From Candidatus Bipolaricaulota bacterium (lineage in GTDB: Bacteria > Bipolaricaulota > Bipolaricaulia > M55B111): 60,767 nt of DNA. This document shows positions 18,968 to 29,239 of this stretch, piece after piece. The notes below the pieces were generated by a model that was not told where the DNA came from, ran no database searches, and saw nothing but the letters and a program-made list of their open reading frames with translations. Each line of letters starts with the position of its first letter. Positions within the stretch are counted from its first letter, which is position 1. The position numbers were made by a program, and so were the translations under genes. The DNA lies in contig JAGXKX010000004.1 in the NCBI GenBank assembly GCA_018335015.1, positions 1-60,767 on the forward strand. Direction: 5' to 3'.

Positions 18968-19147
18968 TAACCCTCACCCCCAACTGTCATCTTCCCCAAT
19001 CGAGAGGGAAGATGAGGAGACGGAACATTTTTAAAAGGAATTAATCGATGTGCGGAGCCCAAACATCCCGCAAGGGAGGGTGGAAGATCGAAAGGAACCT
19101 TTCATTTCCCTCTAAAATGGGGGAAAGAGATCTGAGGGGGTTGGATC
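18968..19147. repeat. Pair of inverted REP-like hairpin repeats (family 2); related copies near 94-140 and 21851-21880
   Basis: TCATCTTCCCCAATCGAGAGGGAAGATGA and its approximate reverse complement TCATTTCCCTCTAAAATGGGGGAAAGAGA. Confidence 0.5.
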
Positions 19148-19183
19148 CCTCTGCTAAAACAGGAGTAGATAAGCAGGAAAAAA

Positions 19184-20620
19184 CTACACCTGGGAATTTC
19201 TTTTGTCCTCGTACATCTTCTTGTCCGCTTCAGTGATTTTTTCCTCGACGCTGAGTTCTTCCTCGGGATCGAAGTTACTGGATCCGATCGCTAGAGTGAG
19301 GGGGAAATCAATGATTTCGTTCTCTTCGTTCCAGTTTTCCATTTTCGTTTTCAACCTCTCCACTACCGTCCGGGATCCGTCTCCGGTCTCCGGAAGGAGT
19401 ATTAGAAATTCATCTCCCCCGTATCTCACGACAGTATCCACTTCCCTCACGTTATCCTGCAACAGCTCTCCGACCTTTACTAGTACCTTGTCGCCTGTGG
19501 TGTGAGAGTAAGAGTCGTTGACCTCCTTAAATCCGTTGATATCAACCATCAGAAACGACAGTTTGTGGCCGTACCGCTGGGCTCTCTCAACTTCTTTGGT
19601 GAGTACTTCTTTCAGGTAATGCCTGTTGTAAAGACCGGTCAGCTGGTCATGTATCGCCTGGTGCCGGAGGTCACCTTCGACCTCCTCCCTTGAAAGCCGC
19701 TCTCCCACGTGGTGTGCCAGAATCTGCAACAGGTTGACGTCTTCCTCGGTAAAGTAACCTCGTTCGGAGGTAACCACCTGGAGAGCACCTCTGGAATCGA
19801 CCGGGGCGCTAACAATGGACTTGTATTTCTGCTGAGATAGATCGAACTGGCCGTATTCTTGAAAGTCCTCGCCACGAATAACCTGGTCCTTCTGCAAGGT
19901 AAGTTCTGTTAACCTCGCGCAGATCTCGTTCGGTAGAGTCGGCTTATTTTCCCCGAGCCCATTCCCTCTGGCCATGAGAGAGCGATCTTTTTCGAGGTGG
20001 AGCACGGATATATCCGGTGTTAGAACATTTTCGGCAACTTTAAGCGCGGTATCGTAAATTTCACCTTTTGATTTGGTGTCCTGTAATTTTGCTACCCCTT
20101 CCCTTAGCTGGAAGATCCTCTCGCCTACTTCTGTCTCCGGTTCTCCTGCAATATCACTCTCCGGACAGTTTCGGGCCTGCCAGATGATGCCTCCATTTCG
20201 GGTTTCGGTTAATTCCAGACAGTGGTAAACTCTGGAGCCATCCTTGCCTTCTCCCGCAATTTCTCCTTTCCAGGTACCTTGCTCGTTTAATTCCGGAAGA
20301 ATCGTTTGAGTGAACTCCTTTACTTTCTCGGATGGGTAGAGGGACTGCCAGTTCTTGCCCAGCAGTTCTTCGGGATCTTCGTAACCAAAAAGTCCAGCAA
20401 AAGTTTTATCTACGTAAGAAAAGAGCCCGTCGCTGTCAAGCAGAGCAATAGTTTTTCCTCCCCCCTTTTTGCCTCCTGTAACAGTCGATTTTTCGCCGGT
20501 CGCTTTAGCCAGATTAGACCTCCCGTCAACTTCAAATAGCCAGTCTTTTATATCTTCAAAATTTTCTGACAGTTGTTCAATTTTTTTCTTTTTTTTGGAC
20601 GACATACGAAGGTTCCTCAC
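19184..20620 (-). CDS. Diguanylate cyclase (PAS-GAF-GGDEF)
   Basis: PAS (FAGLFGYEDPEELLGK), GAF (FTEEDVNLL), D.LTGLYNR, FKEVND and RYGGDEF; ATG at 20605 is a possible start. Confidence 0.9.
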   Translation of the reverse strand: MRNLRMSSKKKKKIEQLSENFEDIKDWLFEVDGRSNLAKATGEKSTVTGGKKGGGKTIALLDSDGLFSYVDKTFAGLFGYEDPEELLGKNWQSLYPSEKVKEFTQTILPELNEQGTWKGEIAGEGKDGSRVYHCLELTETRNGGIIWQARNCPESDIAGEPETEVGERIFQLREGVAKLQDTKSKGEIYDTALKVAENVLTPDISVLHLEKDRSLMARGNGLGENKPTLPNEICARLTELTLQKDQVIRGEDFQEYGQFDLSQQKYKSIVSAPVDSRGALQVVTSERGYFTEEDVNLLQILAHHVGERLSREEVEGDLRHQAIHDQLTGLYNRHYLKEVLTKEVERAQRYGHKLSFLMVDINGFKEVNDSYSHTTGDKVLVKVGELLQDNVREVDTVVRYGGDEFLILLPETGDGSRTVVERLKTKMENWNEENEIIDFPLTLAIGSSNFDPEEELSVEEKITEADKKMYEDKRNSQV

Positions 20621-20778
20621 CGCTTTTGGATTACAATTAATTATTACACAAATAGTATATCGATGTCATTAATTTGAGTCAAATATGTGGGAGCGGGGAA
20701 GTAAATGTGGAGGTTGAATTGAATATATAGAACCATTGCGCCGGATCGTGCTCTCACCGGAGCGGATATTCACTGTAA

Positions 20779-20981
20779 CTCAGTTCTTGCACCATTATTC
20801 GGAAGCGAGGGGTATCTCATATAGCAATAACTATATTTTTTAGTCCAATCCTCCTGCCCCTTACCTGGTAACTGATTTAACCTCAAAATCTTACCAGTAG
20901 AGGTAATCCCGGCAGCCAGGTAAGGGGCAGGAGGCATATGAGGACAAAATAATGATATACGACGATAGTGAAAGAACTGAT
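20779..20981. mobile_element. MITE-like element, copy A (full length)
   Basis: TIRs CTCAGTTCTTGCACCA / TAGTGAAAGAACTGAT; TGTAA on both sides; 19-bp perfect internal IR at 20850-20868/20916-20934 around the conserved core. Confidence 0.8.
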
Positions 20982-21197
20982 TGTAACAGATTTGCCCATC
21001 CAGGATATCAGGCCAGGTTACCGTGCCCGGGCAGTTTGTTAGGAAAGAGACGGTTTCACGTTTGGATCGACCTTCCGGGAGGGCATGGGAGCCCTCCCTG
21101 CTATACTAATAGTTCAGTTAGTCCGTACTCCTTGTTTGATAGTTCCAAGTAAGTACTGGAAAAGAGAGAAAGGGGTTTTTGGCGGGCTATTAAACTA

Positions 21198-21638
21198 TTA
21201 AATGTCCAGTTCTTTAAAGTCTTTGGCCGCGTGGGGATGGTCCTCGCCCTTGTAGGGCTTGAACTTTTTCAGCATTTCGTCTGCGAGGTTGTTTTTCGGC
21301 ATCATCCGTCTTACGGCTTCTTTGATCGGAATAAGGGAATCCTCTTCAAGCAACTCTCCGTAGCTTTTCTGTTTGAGGTTTCCCAGGTAGTCCGAATGGC
21401 TGTAGTACATTTTCTGTTCGGCCTTATTGCCCGTAAGTTTTACGTCGGTCGCGTTCACGACTACGACGAAATCTCCCGTATCCACGTGGGGAGTGTAGGT
21501 CGGTTTATGTTTTCCCTGCAGCACAGTTGCCACTTTTGAAGCGATTCTTCCTAACGGTTTACCTTCAGCATCTACGATATACCAGTCTCTATCTTGCTCG
21601 GTTATTTCCTCTTTTTTCGCCATCCAGGTATTTTGCAT
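21198..21638 (-). CDS. rplM: 50S ribosomal protein L13
   Basis: WYIVDA..LGRIAS..L.GKHKPTYTPHVDTGD. Confidence 0.97.
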   Translation of the reverse strand: MQNTWMAKKEEITEQDRDWYIVDAEGKPLGRIASKVATVLQGKHKPTYTPHVDTGDFVVVVNATDVKLTGNKAEQKMYYSHSDYLGNLKQKSYGELLEEDSLIPIKEAVRRMMPKNNLADEMLKKFKPYKGEDHPHAAKDFKELDI

Positions 21639-21996
21639 AATTTACCTCCGAATTTTTTACCCAGGGGAAGTTAGTTATTCAGTCAAATTATCTTTATGAT
21701 TGTGCAATTCAGGCTGGTAAAATTCAAGGGCCGTGAGTCTTAGGCGGATTCACCAAGTACTTGTTTTGCTGTACTAACGGGAGCACGGGGACTCCCTTTG
21801 CTATCTTTTTGAGAAGCCCATTTGAATCCTTTTTGGGTCTTACACCTTATCTGTCATCTCCTCCCATCAAAGGGAAGATCAAGTAAATCAGTTGATGGCT
21901 AGGATGAGTTTAGGTGCGGAAACCTAACTATTTTAATTACGTATGTGAAAGACTAATTAGGACCCCCGCATTCATTTCCTCTTTTGCGGACGGGGG

Positions 21997-23262
21997 TTAA
22001 TCCACCATTATCGTTTGCGACCTCTTCTTCCCTATCGAAACGATCGAAATCGGTACGTCGAGTTCCTTTTCCAGGAAGTCTACGTACCCCTGAGCCTCTG
22101 ACGGCAAATCTTCCAGGCTGCTGGCGTGACTGATGTCCTCGTCCCACCCTTCGAAAGTAATGTAGCTAGGCTCACATTCGCTCAGTTCTTCCGCGGTTGA
22201 GGGAAATTCCGTGATCTTCTCGCCGTCTTTCATGTAGTGGCTGGCAACCTTAATTTCGTCGAATCCCGATAGCACGTCGAGTTTGGTAAGGGCGATCTCC
22301 GTCATGTCGTTGAGGTCCAGGGCGAACTTCAGCCCGACGAGATCCAGAGGACCGCAACGCCTTGGTCTTCCTGTCGTAGCGCCGTACTCGTCTCCGTTAT
22401 CTCTAAGCCTCTCTCCCAGATCACCTTCGTCCTCCGTGGGCATCGGTCCCTTGCCCACTCGGGTCGTGTAGGCTTTTACGACGCCGATTCGACGCTCCAC
22501 CCTCGTCGGGGAAACGCCCGCTCCAGTGCCTATTCCACCGACAGTCGGGTTGGACGACGTCACGTAGGGGTACGTTCCAAAGTCGATATCGAGGAGAGTT
22601 CCCTGAGCGCCCTCGAAGATAACCGATTTCCCTTCGTCTATTGCTTTGTTGAGTACCGGAGACGAATTGACAATCTTGGCCTCGGATACCATATCTCTCA
22701 GCCGGTCCACGACGTCGAAGAACCTGTCCTCCTCGATTCGGTCAAGGTCGGAGGGATCGTCCCAGCGCTCTTTGAGTTTCTCCAGCCTGTCCCGAAACCG
22801 GTCCTCGAAATCCGACCGAAAGAGATCGTTTATCCTGAAACCGCTGCGGGCGGCTTTGTCCTCGTACGTCGGACCTATCCCCCGGCCCGTCGTGCCAACC
22901 TCTTCCTTTGCCTTCTCAAGTACCTCCACCACCGGATGATAAGGGGTAATGACATGGGCTCGCGCTCCCAGAAAAATATCGGGTTCGATAGCTCGTTTTT
23001 CCTGGAGTTGGTCCAGTTCTTCGACCAGACCTATCGGGTTTATCACCATGCCTGGGCCGAGCAGCACCCTGCAATCCTCGTGCAGGCTGGCGGATGGAAG
23101 ATGGTGGAACTTGAACTCCCCCGTATCGTCGACCACCGTGTGTCCCGCATTTGGCCCGCCGTTATATCGGACAACCCAGTCGGCGTCTTCGCTCAGCATG
23201 TCGGCGATCTTTCCTTTCCCTTCGTCTCCCCATTGTGAACCGATTATCGTAAGTGTGTTCAT
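21997..23262 (-). CDS. purA: Adenylosuccinate synthetase
   Basis: QWGDEGKGK, NAGHT, EGAQG, GTYPYVTSS, TTGRPRRCG. Confidence 0.97.
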   Translation of the reverse strand: MNTLTIIGSQWGDEGKGKIADMLSEDADWVVRYNGGPNAGHTVVDDTGEFKFHHLPSASLHEDCRVLLGPGMVINPIGLVEELDQLQEKRAIEPDIFLGARAHVITPYHPVVEVLEKAKEEVGTTGRGIGPTYEDKAARSGFRINDLFRSDFEDRFRDRLEKLKERWDDPSDLDRIEEDRFFDVVDRLRDMVSEAKIVNSSPVLNKAIDEGKSVIFEGAQGTLLDIDFGTYPYVTSSNPTVGGIGTGAGVSPTRVERRIGVVKAYTTRVGKGPMPTEDEGDLGERLRDNGDEYGATTGRPRRCGPLDLVGLKFALDLNDMTEIALTKLDVLSGFDEIKVASHYMKDGEKITEFPSTAEELSECEPSYITFEGWDEDISHASSLEDLPSEAQGYVDFLEKELDVPISIVSIGKKRSQTIMVD

Positions 23263-23289
23263 TGAACCTCCCTCTGAGGTATGATTATT

Positions 23290-23859
23290 TTATTGTACTT
23301 GTTCCCGGTAAAAATCCTCAAATTTTCCAAGGAAATCCTCAAGCATCTTCGTCCGATCCACCTTTTCCCCGGTTACGTCTTTCATCGTGATCGAATTTTC
23401 CCTGACGGCTTCCGGTAGACCCGACGCCTCGTTATTTACGTTTATTCCGATTCCCACTATATAATCCCCGCTGCTTTCCTCGATAAGCAGTCCCGCTATT
23501 TTTTTGCCCTCCACGACCAGATCATTGGGCCTGGACACGCTCGTCTCTACTCCGTATTCCGCCAAAAGTGCCTGAACCAATTTAAGTAACTCGACGTATA
23601 ATTCGGGCGTGGCCAGGTGCATCAAACCGCCAAGAGTAAACGAGAACCACAACCCCCCCTCGGGTGAATACCACCTTCGTGTTCCGCTACCCTGACCGTG
23701 CGTCTGTTTGTCCGCAAGCACTATGGTTCCAGGCAAAACTTCCTCGCCGTGCCTGAGATAGCGGTTGGTTGAATCCAGTTCGTTCCGGTAGATAAACTCG
23801 GTCCAAACATCTGAATTCTGGACGAAATCCCGAACCGGCTTCCAGTTTGACAACCTCAA
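23290..23859 (-). CDS. birA: Biotin-protein ligase (catalytic domain only, divergent)
   Basis: DSTN, QTHG.G, WYSP.GGL, PNDL...KKIAGLLIE, GIGINVN. Confidence 0.75.
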   Translation of the reverse strand: MRLSNWKPVRDFVQNSDVWTEFIYRNELDSTNRYLRHGEEVLPGTIVLADKQTHGQGSGTRRWYSPEGGLWFSFTLGGLMHLATPELYVELLKLVQALLAEYGVETSVSRPNDLVVEGKKIAGLLIEESSGDYIVGIGINVNNEASGLPEAVRENSITMKDVTGEKVDRTKMLEDFLGKFEDFYREQVQ

Positions 23860-26800
23860 TCAACCCGTTTTAGCGCGATCCTGGCCTTTTTCCCGTTCAA
23901 GCTCTCCTCCGACTCGACGTCAGCCGTTTCGGGTAACTCCCCTGCCCGGAGATCGCGGGTCAGCGTTTCCGACCTCAGGTAATCAGAGTGTTTTTCTACG
24001 GCACCCTCAATCGATTGATCTGCTTCGTAATAAAGCTCTATTCTGTCGGTGACCTCGAAACCTGCTTCCTTTCTCAGCTGCTGAATTCGCCGGATCAGCT
24101 CCCTGACGTAACCTTCCTGGCGTAGCCCCTCGTCGAGTTCGACGTTCAACAGTAACACGTAATCGTTGTTCTCGACTTTTTCGTAGGACTCGTCCGTTTC
24201 CCGGGTAAGTTCGACTTCCTCCCCGGTCACTGTGAAGGTTTCGCCGTCGATCTTTATCTCGACCTCTCCCTGTTCCTCCAGGGCAGTGACGATCAACTCG
24301 CCGTCCTCTTCCTCTATTCTGTCGCCAATCTTCTGTGCGTTTTCGCCAAACTTTGGACCCAGCTTGCTGAAGTCAGGGTTGACAACAGGAACGTAGTAAT
24401 CCTCGAGTTCGTCCTGAAATGATACTTCCTTCACGTTCAACTCTTCCTTTAACAGAGCGAGGGACTCGCCGGATATCTCGTCAAATTCCCGTTTGGGCTG
24501 AATTATAAGCTCGCTCAACGGCTGCCTCACCTTGATCTCGGCCCTGTTCCGGGCTTTTCTGCCCAGAGCCGTCAGGGAACGGACTTCCTTCACGTGGTCT
24601 TCGAGATCCTCGTCTATCTCCTCCCTACGCACTTCCGGCCAGTCGGCAAGGTGAACGCTATCCGGTCCGCGGGAATTCAAATTTCGGTAGAGTTCCTCTG
24701 CTAGGAACGGAGTAAACGGAGCAAATAAATTGCTGAGGGCAATTAACGAACGGTAGAGCGTGTGATGAGCCGCCAGCTTATCCTCGCCGGATTCGTCGCT
24801 CCAGAACCTATCCCTCGAACAGCGGACGTACCAGTTGCTGAGATCGTCGACGAAATTCTCTATCGCCGAAGTGGCAGACGGTACGTCGTAACTATCCAGC
24901 GAATCGGTAACCTTTTCGACCGTCCGGTTTAGCCTGGAATTAATCCAGCGGTCGAGCAGGGAAAGTTCCAGGTCCTCGGATTCGACAGCGGCCGGCTCAA
25001 ACTCGTCTATCTCCGCGTAGAGCGAAAAGAAATTGTAGGTATTTCTGACCGTGTCGAGAAACTTGTAGAGGACTTCTCCCGGACCTTCCTCTTCGAGGCG
25101 CCGCGTCTTCCAGGGTGCCGTGGTAGAAAATAGGTACCACCTTATCGCGTCCGCGCCGTACCTTTCTATCATTTCCCAGGGATCGATCACGTTGCCCCGG
25201 CTCTTGCTCATTGCGTTCCCTTCCGAGTCCAGCCCGTATCCAGTCACCAGGACGTTCTTAAAAGAGGACTGTCCGTGGAGCAGCGTACTCGTGACCAGGA
25301 GGGTGTAGAACCAGCCTCGAGTCTGATCCTGACCCTCGCAGATAAAGTCCGCGGGAAACAACCGCTGGAAATCTTCCTTGTTCTCGAATGGATAGTGGAG
25401 CTGAGCCGTATGCATAGAGCCGGAGTCGAACCAGGTATCAAGCACGTGCTCGACCCGATCCATCTCTCCGTCACAATTCGGGCAGGTAAGCTTGACCTCG
25501 TCTATGAACGGCCGATGTAGTTCGACCTCTTCGGCCAGTTCTTCGTCCTCGGCATGCTCGACCAGTTCCTTCCTACTGCCGATCGAGAGCTCGTGGTCGC
25601 AATCGTTACAGAGCCAGATATTGAGCGGCGTTCCCCAGTAGCGATCACGGCTCAACGCCCAGTCCTTCATGTTATCCAGGAAGTCGCCAAACCGTCCGTC
25701 ACGCATGTGTTCCGGGTACCAGTTTATCTTCTGATTGTTTTCGATTATCTCTTCCTGTCTTTCCGTGGTCTCAATGTACCAGGAATCCAGAGCGAAGTAG
25801 AGCAACGGCGTATCGCAGCGCCAGCAAAAAGGGTACTCGTGTTCGTAACTGGAGTGCTTGAGGAGGTAGCCTTTTTCCTCGAGATCCTCAACTATATCGT
25901 CGTCGGCGTCCTTGACGAAATCTCCTTCCGAGAGGGGGAACTCCGAGGTAAACTCGCCGTTTAGATTGAGAGGCTGAACGAAAGGGATGCCTTTCTTCTC
26001 GCCCAGTTCCGCGTCTTCCTCACCAAAGGAAGGAGCGACGTGAACGATTCCCGTTCCCTCGTCCAGCGTGACGAAATCCGCGTCGTGAACCCTGTAGGCG
26101 TCTTCGTCGTCGGACAGCCTGTACGGAGGCTCGTAGAATAGACCGATGAGCTCTTCTCCGGCGAATTCCTCTAACATCTCGTAATCGGGCCCGAGAACCT
26201 TATCCAGCAGGGCTTTTGCCATGATAATTTTCTCGCCTTCTACTTCCACTTTCGCGTACCAGAGTTCGTCGCTCACAGCGAGGGCTGTGTTGGACGGAAT
26301 CGTCCACGGAGTGGTCGTCCAGGCAAGCAGGCTGAGGTCCTCTTCACCCTCTATCGGAAACTTCACGAAGATGGAAGGGTCTTCCGTCAGTTCGTAACCC
26401 TGAGCCACCTCGTGCGAAGAGAGCCCCGTCCCGCACCGGGGACAGTAAGGCAGTACTTTGTGCCCCTTGTAAAGGAGATCCTGCTCCCAGATATTCTTTA
26501 GTTCCCACCACAGGGTCTCAATGTATTCGTCCTCATAAGTAATATAGGGGTCGTCGAGGTCTATCCAGAATCCCATCCGCTCGATCATCCTCTCCCATTC
26601 CTGCTTGTATTCCCAGACACTCTTTTTGCACTTCTCGACGAAATTCTCTATTCCGTATTCCTCAATCTCTTCCTTGCTTTCCAGGCCAAGCTCTTTTTCA
26701 ACCTCGAGCTCAACCGGAAGACCGTGGGTATCCCAGCCCCCTTTCCGCTCTACGTGATAACCCTGCATAGTCTTGTAGCGGGGAAAGAGGTCCTTGTAAA

Positions 26801-26987
26801 CCCGGGCCATCAGATGGCCAAAATGGGGCTTCCCGTTTGCCGTGGGCGGACCCTCGTAGAAAACCCATTCCTCGTTTCCCTCGGTCTCCTCCAGGCTTCG
26901 CTGAAAGATTTCTTCCTCCTCCCAGAAAGACACTACTTCTCGCTCGCGATCGAGAGGATTCTCGTTTAAATCACCGTATGTCGGCAT
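23856..26987 (-). CDS. ileS: Isoleucine--tRNA ligase (type 2)
   Basis: GPPTANGKPHFGH, GWDTHGLP, WTTTPWT, DQTRGWFY, MSKSRGN; long type-2 C-terminus. Confidence 0.96.
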   Translation of the reverse strand: MPTYGDLNENPLDREREVVSFWEEEEIFQRSLEETEGNEEWVFYEGPPTANGKPHFGHLMARVYKDLFPRYKTMQGYHVERKGGWDTHGLPVELEVEKELGLESKEEIEEYGIENFVEKCKKSVWEYKQEWERMIERMGFWIDLDDPYITYEDEYIETLWWELKNIWEQDLLYKGHKVLPYCPRCGTGLSSHEVAQGYELTEDPSIFVKFPIEGEEDLSLLAWTTTPWTIPSNTALAVSDELWYAKVEVEGEKIIMAKALLDKVLGPDYEMLEEFAGEELIGLFYEPPYRLSDDEDAYRVHDADFVTLDEGTGIVHVAPSFGEEDAELGEKKGIPFVQPLNLNGEFTSEFPLSEGDFVKDADDDIVEDLEEKGYLLKHSSYEHEYPFCWRCDTPLLYFALDSWYIETTERQEEIIENNQKINWYPEHMRDGRFGDFLDNMKDWALSRDRYWGTPLNIWLCNDCDHELSIGSRKELVEHAEDEELAEEVELHRPFIDEVKLTCPNCDGEMDRVEHVLDTWFDSGSMHTAQLHYPFENKEDFQRLFPADFICEGQDQTRGWFYTLLVTSTLLHGQSSFKNVLVTGYGLDSEGNAMSKSRGNVIDPWEMIERYGADAIRWYLFSTTAPWKTRRLEEEGPGEVLYKFLDTVRNTYNFFSLYAEIDEFEPAAVESEDLELSLLDRWINSRLNRTVEKVTDSLDSYDVPSATSAIENFVDDLSNWYVRCSRDRFWSDESGEDKLAAHHTLYRSLIALSNLFAPFTPFLAEELYRNLNSRGPDSVHLADWPEVRREEIDEDLEDHVKEVRSLTALGRKARNRAEIKVRQPLSELIIQPKREFDEISGESLALLKEELNVKEVSFQDELEDYYVPVVNPDFSKLGPKFGENAQKIGDRIEEEDGELIVTALEEQGEVEIKIDGETFTVTGEEVELTRETDESYEKVENNDYVLLLNVELDEGLRQEGYVRELIRRIQQLRKEAGFEVTDRIELYYEADQSIEGAVEKHSDYLRSETLTRDLRAGELPETADVESEESLNGKKARIALKRVD

Positions 26988-27106
26988 AACGACCTCCAAA
27001 TATGAAAATCCGAAAAATAATATTAGATTAGAAAATACATATCAATCCGAGATCCGGAAGGTAAGCTAGTACCCATGAACCTTAAATAAAGGTGAAAACC
27101 AACCGT

Positions 27107-28762
27107 CTAAGCCAGATATCCCAGACCCTCCAGGCGCTCCTTGATTTCCTCGTCGTGCTCGTTGTTGGTCTTTCCTTCCCCCGTTCCGGGCAGGTTCGAT
27201 TCCGATAATTCGGGCTGGTGCTCGCTCCAGAACTCCTCGGAGAAGACTTCCCGCCGTGGAGATCCGTCCATGTAGGAGGGAATCTTTAGTCCCAGAGTAT
27301 GAAGAGAGATCGGCGCCGGATCGGAAATGTTCAACCCCTCGACCTCCGATTTCCGAAGGTACTTAGGACCGTAACCCGCAAACACGCCGTTCATCCTGTG
27401 AGTCCCGGTAATGGCAAAAGAGGGTATGATCCTATCCATGGTTTTAAATACCGTTAAACCACCCGTATCGGTTTCAAGGTCCTTGGTCAGGAATAGGATA
27501 TCCGGACCGCGCAACGATCTCGGGCCCTCGTAGACTTCCTCGTTCCTCATGACCTCGGCTATGACGTTTTCTCCGGTATGAGGGTTCCGAAGCTCCTTCA
27601 GGTCCCTCATAAGATCTTTCTGCACTCCGGGGGCATCTTCCGGGGTAATACAGCCGTGCTTCTCTCGTCCTTTTATGTTCAACCTTATAGCCCCCGTCAC
27701 GCCGCCCCGGGAATAAGCTTTTGTATTCTCCCAGTCGACGTCGTTGAGCGACAAAAACATCTTACCCAGAATGTCATTAAAGCCCTCCATCTCCCACTCG
27801 TTTCCCTTTGCCAGCGGGCCCAGCAGGTCGCCGATTTTGTATAAGTTCTTTTGATTCAGGCCAAGCTTCGAAGCAGATCGCTTTATCCTTACGCCAGCGG
27901 AATCTTTTAACTTCATGTAACCCTTCTGGATAAGCCAGCTGTTGACGTTAAAGATCCACTTCAACGGTCCGAATCCGTGATCCGAGACTATCATCACGTG
28001 AGTATCCTTGCCCGCGGACGAGTCGTAAATATTTTTAACCGCTTTCTCGACCCTCTTATATACCTCCAGCACGGGATCTTCGTCCACTGCGTTGCCGTCT
28101 TTACCCAGGGGAGAGTTCTGGTGAAAGAGGTGATGTTTAACCGTATCGGTTTCCATGAAATACACCATCGAAACGTCCCATTCCCGAGTCGAAAGAAGGT
28201 GGCGGGCAACTTCTTCCCTGTTAGTGATCGACCCCTTCAAGTCCTCGATCCATTGCTCGTTATTTAACGCCATTTCCGCGTGAGTCGGGGCAAACCGGTA
28301 GGTCTCCACTACTTTTTCTATCTCTTCCTTAAGACTCGGCGGATATACGTAGTCCTCGGCTTCCTTGGGAGTTAATACCCCTGATGTCATAAAACCGTTA
28401 ACTTTCCTGGGAGGATAGGTAACCGGAACGCCGATGACGCCAACTTTTTTGCCTGCCTCGCTGGCTAATTCCCAGAGGGTCTTTGCCTCGATCGAAGTGG
28501 AGTCCACCATTCCCTCTCCGTAGGTATCATTTCCCGAACTTCCCCAGTCAAATACACCGTGTTTACCAGGGTTAACTCCTGTCTGGAAGGTAGACCAGGC
28601 CGGTCCGGTGAGTGGTGGAATGGTGCTGGTCATTTCACCCCGGACGCCCTCGTTGATTAGCTTTTCCAGGAAGGGCAATTCATCCCGATCGAACCACGGG
28701 TCGAGAAGGTCGAAAGTTGCCCCGTCCAGTCCGAATATCAGTAGCTCTTTATCTGCTGACAT
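27107..28762 (-). CDS. Alkaline-phosphatase-superfamily (nucleotide pyrophosphatase/phosphodiesterase-like) protein
   Basis: GLDGA, ST.PP.T.PAW..F.TG.NPGKHG, SDHGFG, G.HR; C-terminal RLEGLGYL. Confidence 0.85.
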   Translation of the reverse strand: MSADKELLIFGLDGATFDLLDPWFDRDELPFLEKLINEGVRGEMTSTIPPLTGPAWSTFQTGVNPGKHGVFDWGSSGNDTYGEGMVDSTSIEAKTLWELASEAGKKVGVIGVPVTYPPRKVNGFMTSGVLTPKEAEDYVYPPSLKEEIEKVVETYRFAPTHAEMALNNEQWIEDLKGSITNREEVARHLLSTREWDVSMVYFMETDTVKHHLFHQNSPLGKDGNAVDEDPVLEVYKRVEKAVKNIYDSSAGKDTHVMIVSDHGFGPLKWIFNVNSWLIQKGYMKLKDSAGVRIKRSASKLGLNQKNLYKIGDLLGPLAKGNEWEMEGFNDILGKMFLSLNDVDWENTKAYSRGGVTGAIRLNIKGREKHGCITPEDAPGVQKDLMRDLKELRNPHTGENVIAEVMRNEEVYEGPRSLRGPDILFLTKDLETDTGGLTVFKTMDRIIPSFAITGTHRMNGVFAGYGPKYLRKSEVEGLNISDPAPISLHTLGLKIPSYMDGSPRREVFSEEFWSEHQPELSESNLPGTGEGKTNNEHDEEIKERLEGLGYLA

Positions 28763-28916
28763 TGTACTCCTTTTAAGATTTCAAATGATCAAAAGATCGC
28801 ATAGATTCAGATAAGGATAACTGTTGGACCGGGAACTATCAAAGCAAAAACAGGGAGTCACTCTCCAACCAGCCGTTTCTTTACTGAGATTGCTGAGAAC
28901 GCCCCAGGATACAGAA

Positions 28917-29117
28917 CACAGTTCCTCCACCACCCCCGTACATCATTGTTTTGTCCTCCTGTGCCTCCTGCCTAATTACCTGGCAACTGATTTAACCTTA
29001 AAATTCTACCAGTAGACAAAATCCGGCAGCCAGGTAATAGGCAGGAGGCTTGAACTAAAAAATATAATGATTTCTTGTCTCCTTCACATTGCTTCCGACG
29101 GTAGTGAAAGAACTGAG
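28917..29117. mobile_element. MITE-like element, copy B (full length; core inverted relative to copies A and G)
   Basis: TIRs CACAGTTCCTCCACCA / TAGTGAAAGAACTGAG; AGAA on both sides; IR at 28963-28984/29029-29049; core 28985-29028. Confidence 0.8.
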
Positions 29118-29239
29118 AGAAGTAATCGAAAAGGTCCTCCAGAGAAAACTTGTACCCGGTAACTGAGACCAGATACCTGTTAAGTTAGTAGTTGACCGTT
29201 GTACTGAAAGTCCATGGAAGTTAACCTCATAAAGATACA

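Noticed and set aside
23856-26987. IleS motif variants (HFGH, AMSKS) as a novel resistance allele
   Set aside because: Within ordinary variation of type-2 IleRS; it is the housekeeping copy in an operon with birA-purA.
28963-29049. Integron attC site (ATTTAAC fits RYYYAAC)
   Set aside because: No matching GTTRRRY end, no cassette organisation and no integrase; the neighbours are core genes.
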